Below, piece by piece: positions 62,943-64,000 of a stretch of 64,000 nucleotides of DNA; the stretch's first letter is position 1; the number at the start of each line of letters is the position of its first letter. Both the position numbers and the translations under genes were made by a program. The notes beneath the pieces are model-generated. The model worked only from the letters and a program-made list of their open reading frames with translations. It was not told where the DNA came from and did not search any database. The DNA is from Tubulanus polymorphus (Eukaryota > Animalia > Nemertea): positions 6,064,275 to 6,128,274 of the forward strand of contig NC_134032.1 of NCBI RefSeq assembly GCF_964204645.1. The letters run 5' to 3'.

Positions 62943-64000
62943 CGTGCTAGGTACCGACAATACACGTTTTGAAATGTTTTCCGGGCCGGTGTCCGCTGAC
63001 GTGTCCTGAACCGTGTTTTATGCTCTACCTTCGGTTACAGAGATATGCCTTAAGGTCGTCGTCATGATCGACTTGATCGATTGTGGATTGCGTGGATTGT
63101 TAGATGTGTTTTTGCCATAGTTTTATGTGCATATACCGGTACGATCTAACAATGAAGTTATCACTTTGAATAAATTCTTAATTACAGTAATATTGATTCA
63201 CAATATTTGTTGGTGATTTCTTGCAACTTATCATTGCCAAGTCTCATACAATGTACAAGTAGCAGTTGAATGAAAGAAAGTACAGTTAGGCTGAACCTGA
63301 TAACCCAAATTAAGTGCTAGCATGGAACTAATGATTATTTTGATTCTATTTTCGGTGTCATTGAAATTCGTTAATAAAGGTTCAACCGTCATAGTATACC
63401 GTACTTAGCATTGCTACGATTGGGTGCCATATTTCTATAATTTCTACAAGGAGGAAGGAGTCTTTAAGTGTCTTTGTTCCCGGGTAGGGTACGGGGTAAA
63501 ACCTGGTTTACTTTCTCTTTCGACTTGCCGGAGACTACTTTCTGCAATGTATTGCATGCTTTGATTTGTCTGGCCTATAGGAGTTGAACGATATTTTCCC
63601 ATACACAGGCTTGGCTTTAGTGTAGATGAAGGCTAGGCACTGCACATTGTGGATTGACTGGAACTCTTAACTCACAAAATTAAACGAGTCAACAAGAAAG
63701 ATCCAATAATTGGACGTTTGTCTAACTATATTATTTAACAGCTTGAAATAATACATAACACATTCTGCAAGAGTACACAAAGGAAATCAGTTCTTACATT
63801 ATATCAGAATCAATAGTTCGCTTAACTCTGGCTAGAATTCTGGTTCCATTGCTTCATATTCTAATGAAATCCACTAGCATACCTTAGAATATCGCTTAGC
63901 TTAAGACAAAAAATTTGGTACCAGGAAACAGGGAAGAAAAGTGGGTGTACTGTACATCCGCAATTGACTTATTTCTCTCTGGTTGAAACAAGTTATTATT

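Noticed and set aside
61780-64000. Short ORFs right of the last TIR
   Set aside because: No recognisable motifs; no matching left TIR or CACTTT duplication found in the window for this copy

Overview
Eukaryotic (invertebrate-type) genomic DNA made almost entirely of nested mobile elements; I recognise no ordinary host gene. The centre is a near-complete, very AT-rich 17.4-kb Polinton/Maverick endogenous virus (25198-42639). It has AG...CT terminal inverted repeats and a near-perfect 6-bp target duplication (CTTGAC/CCTGAC). It encodes protein-primed PolB, integrase plus chromodomain, packaging ATPase, major and minor capsid proteins, a membrane-protein cluster, a VLTF3-like factor and an HNH nuclease flanked by direct repeats. 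It sits inside the 5' region of a Helentron (~22012-53058). The Helentron encodes a 2A-like peptide, a herpes-tegument-type protease, HUH Rep, PIF1 helicase and AP endonuclease, plus a spliced OB-fold gene. The Helentron in turn sits between two genes of an older decayed Polinton (~19360-22011 and 53059-61779), which is further interrupted by a CR1/L2-group LINE. The left 19 kb holds a decayed HECT fragment, a spliced P-element-type transposase, a PIF1+PHD pseudogene, LINE fragments, MITEs and a hammerhead-like inverted repeat. Most striking: 15 of the 16 Polinton genes start at TAAATG (the other at TAAATAATG), usually after a T-tract and a 5-7 nt spacer. That is the poxvirus late-promoter architecture, found here together with a VLTF3-like gene. 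All calls come from reading motifs by eye; no database search was run.
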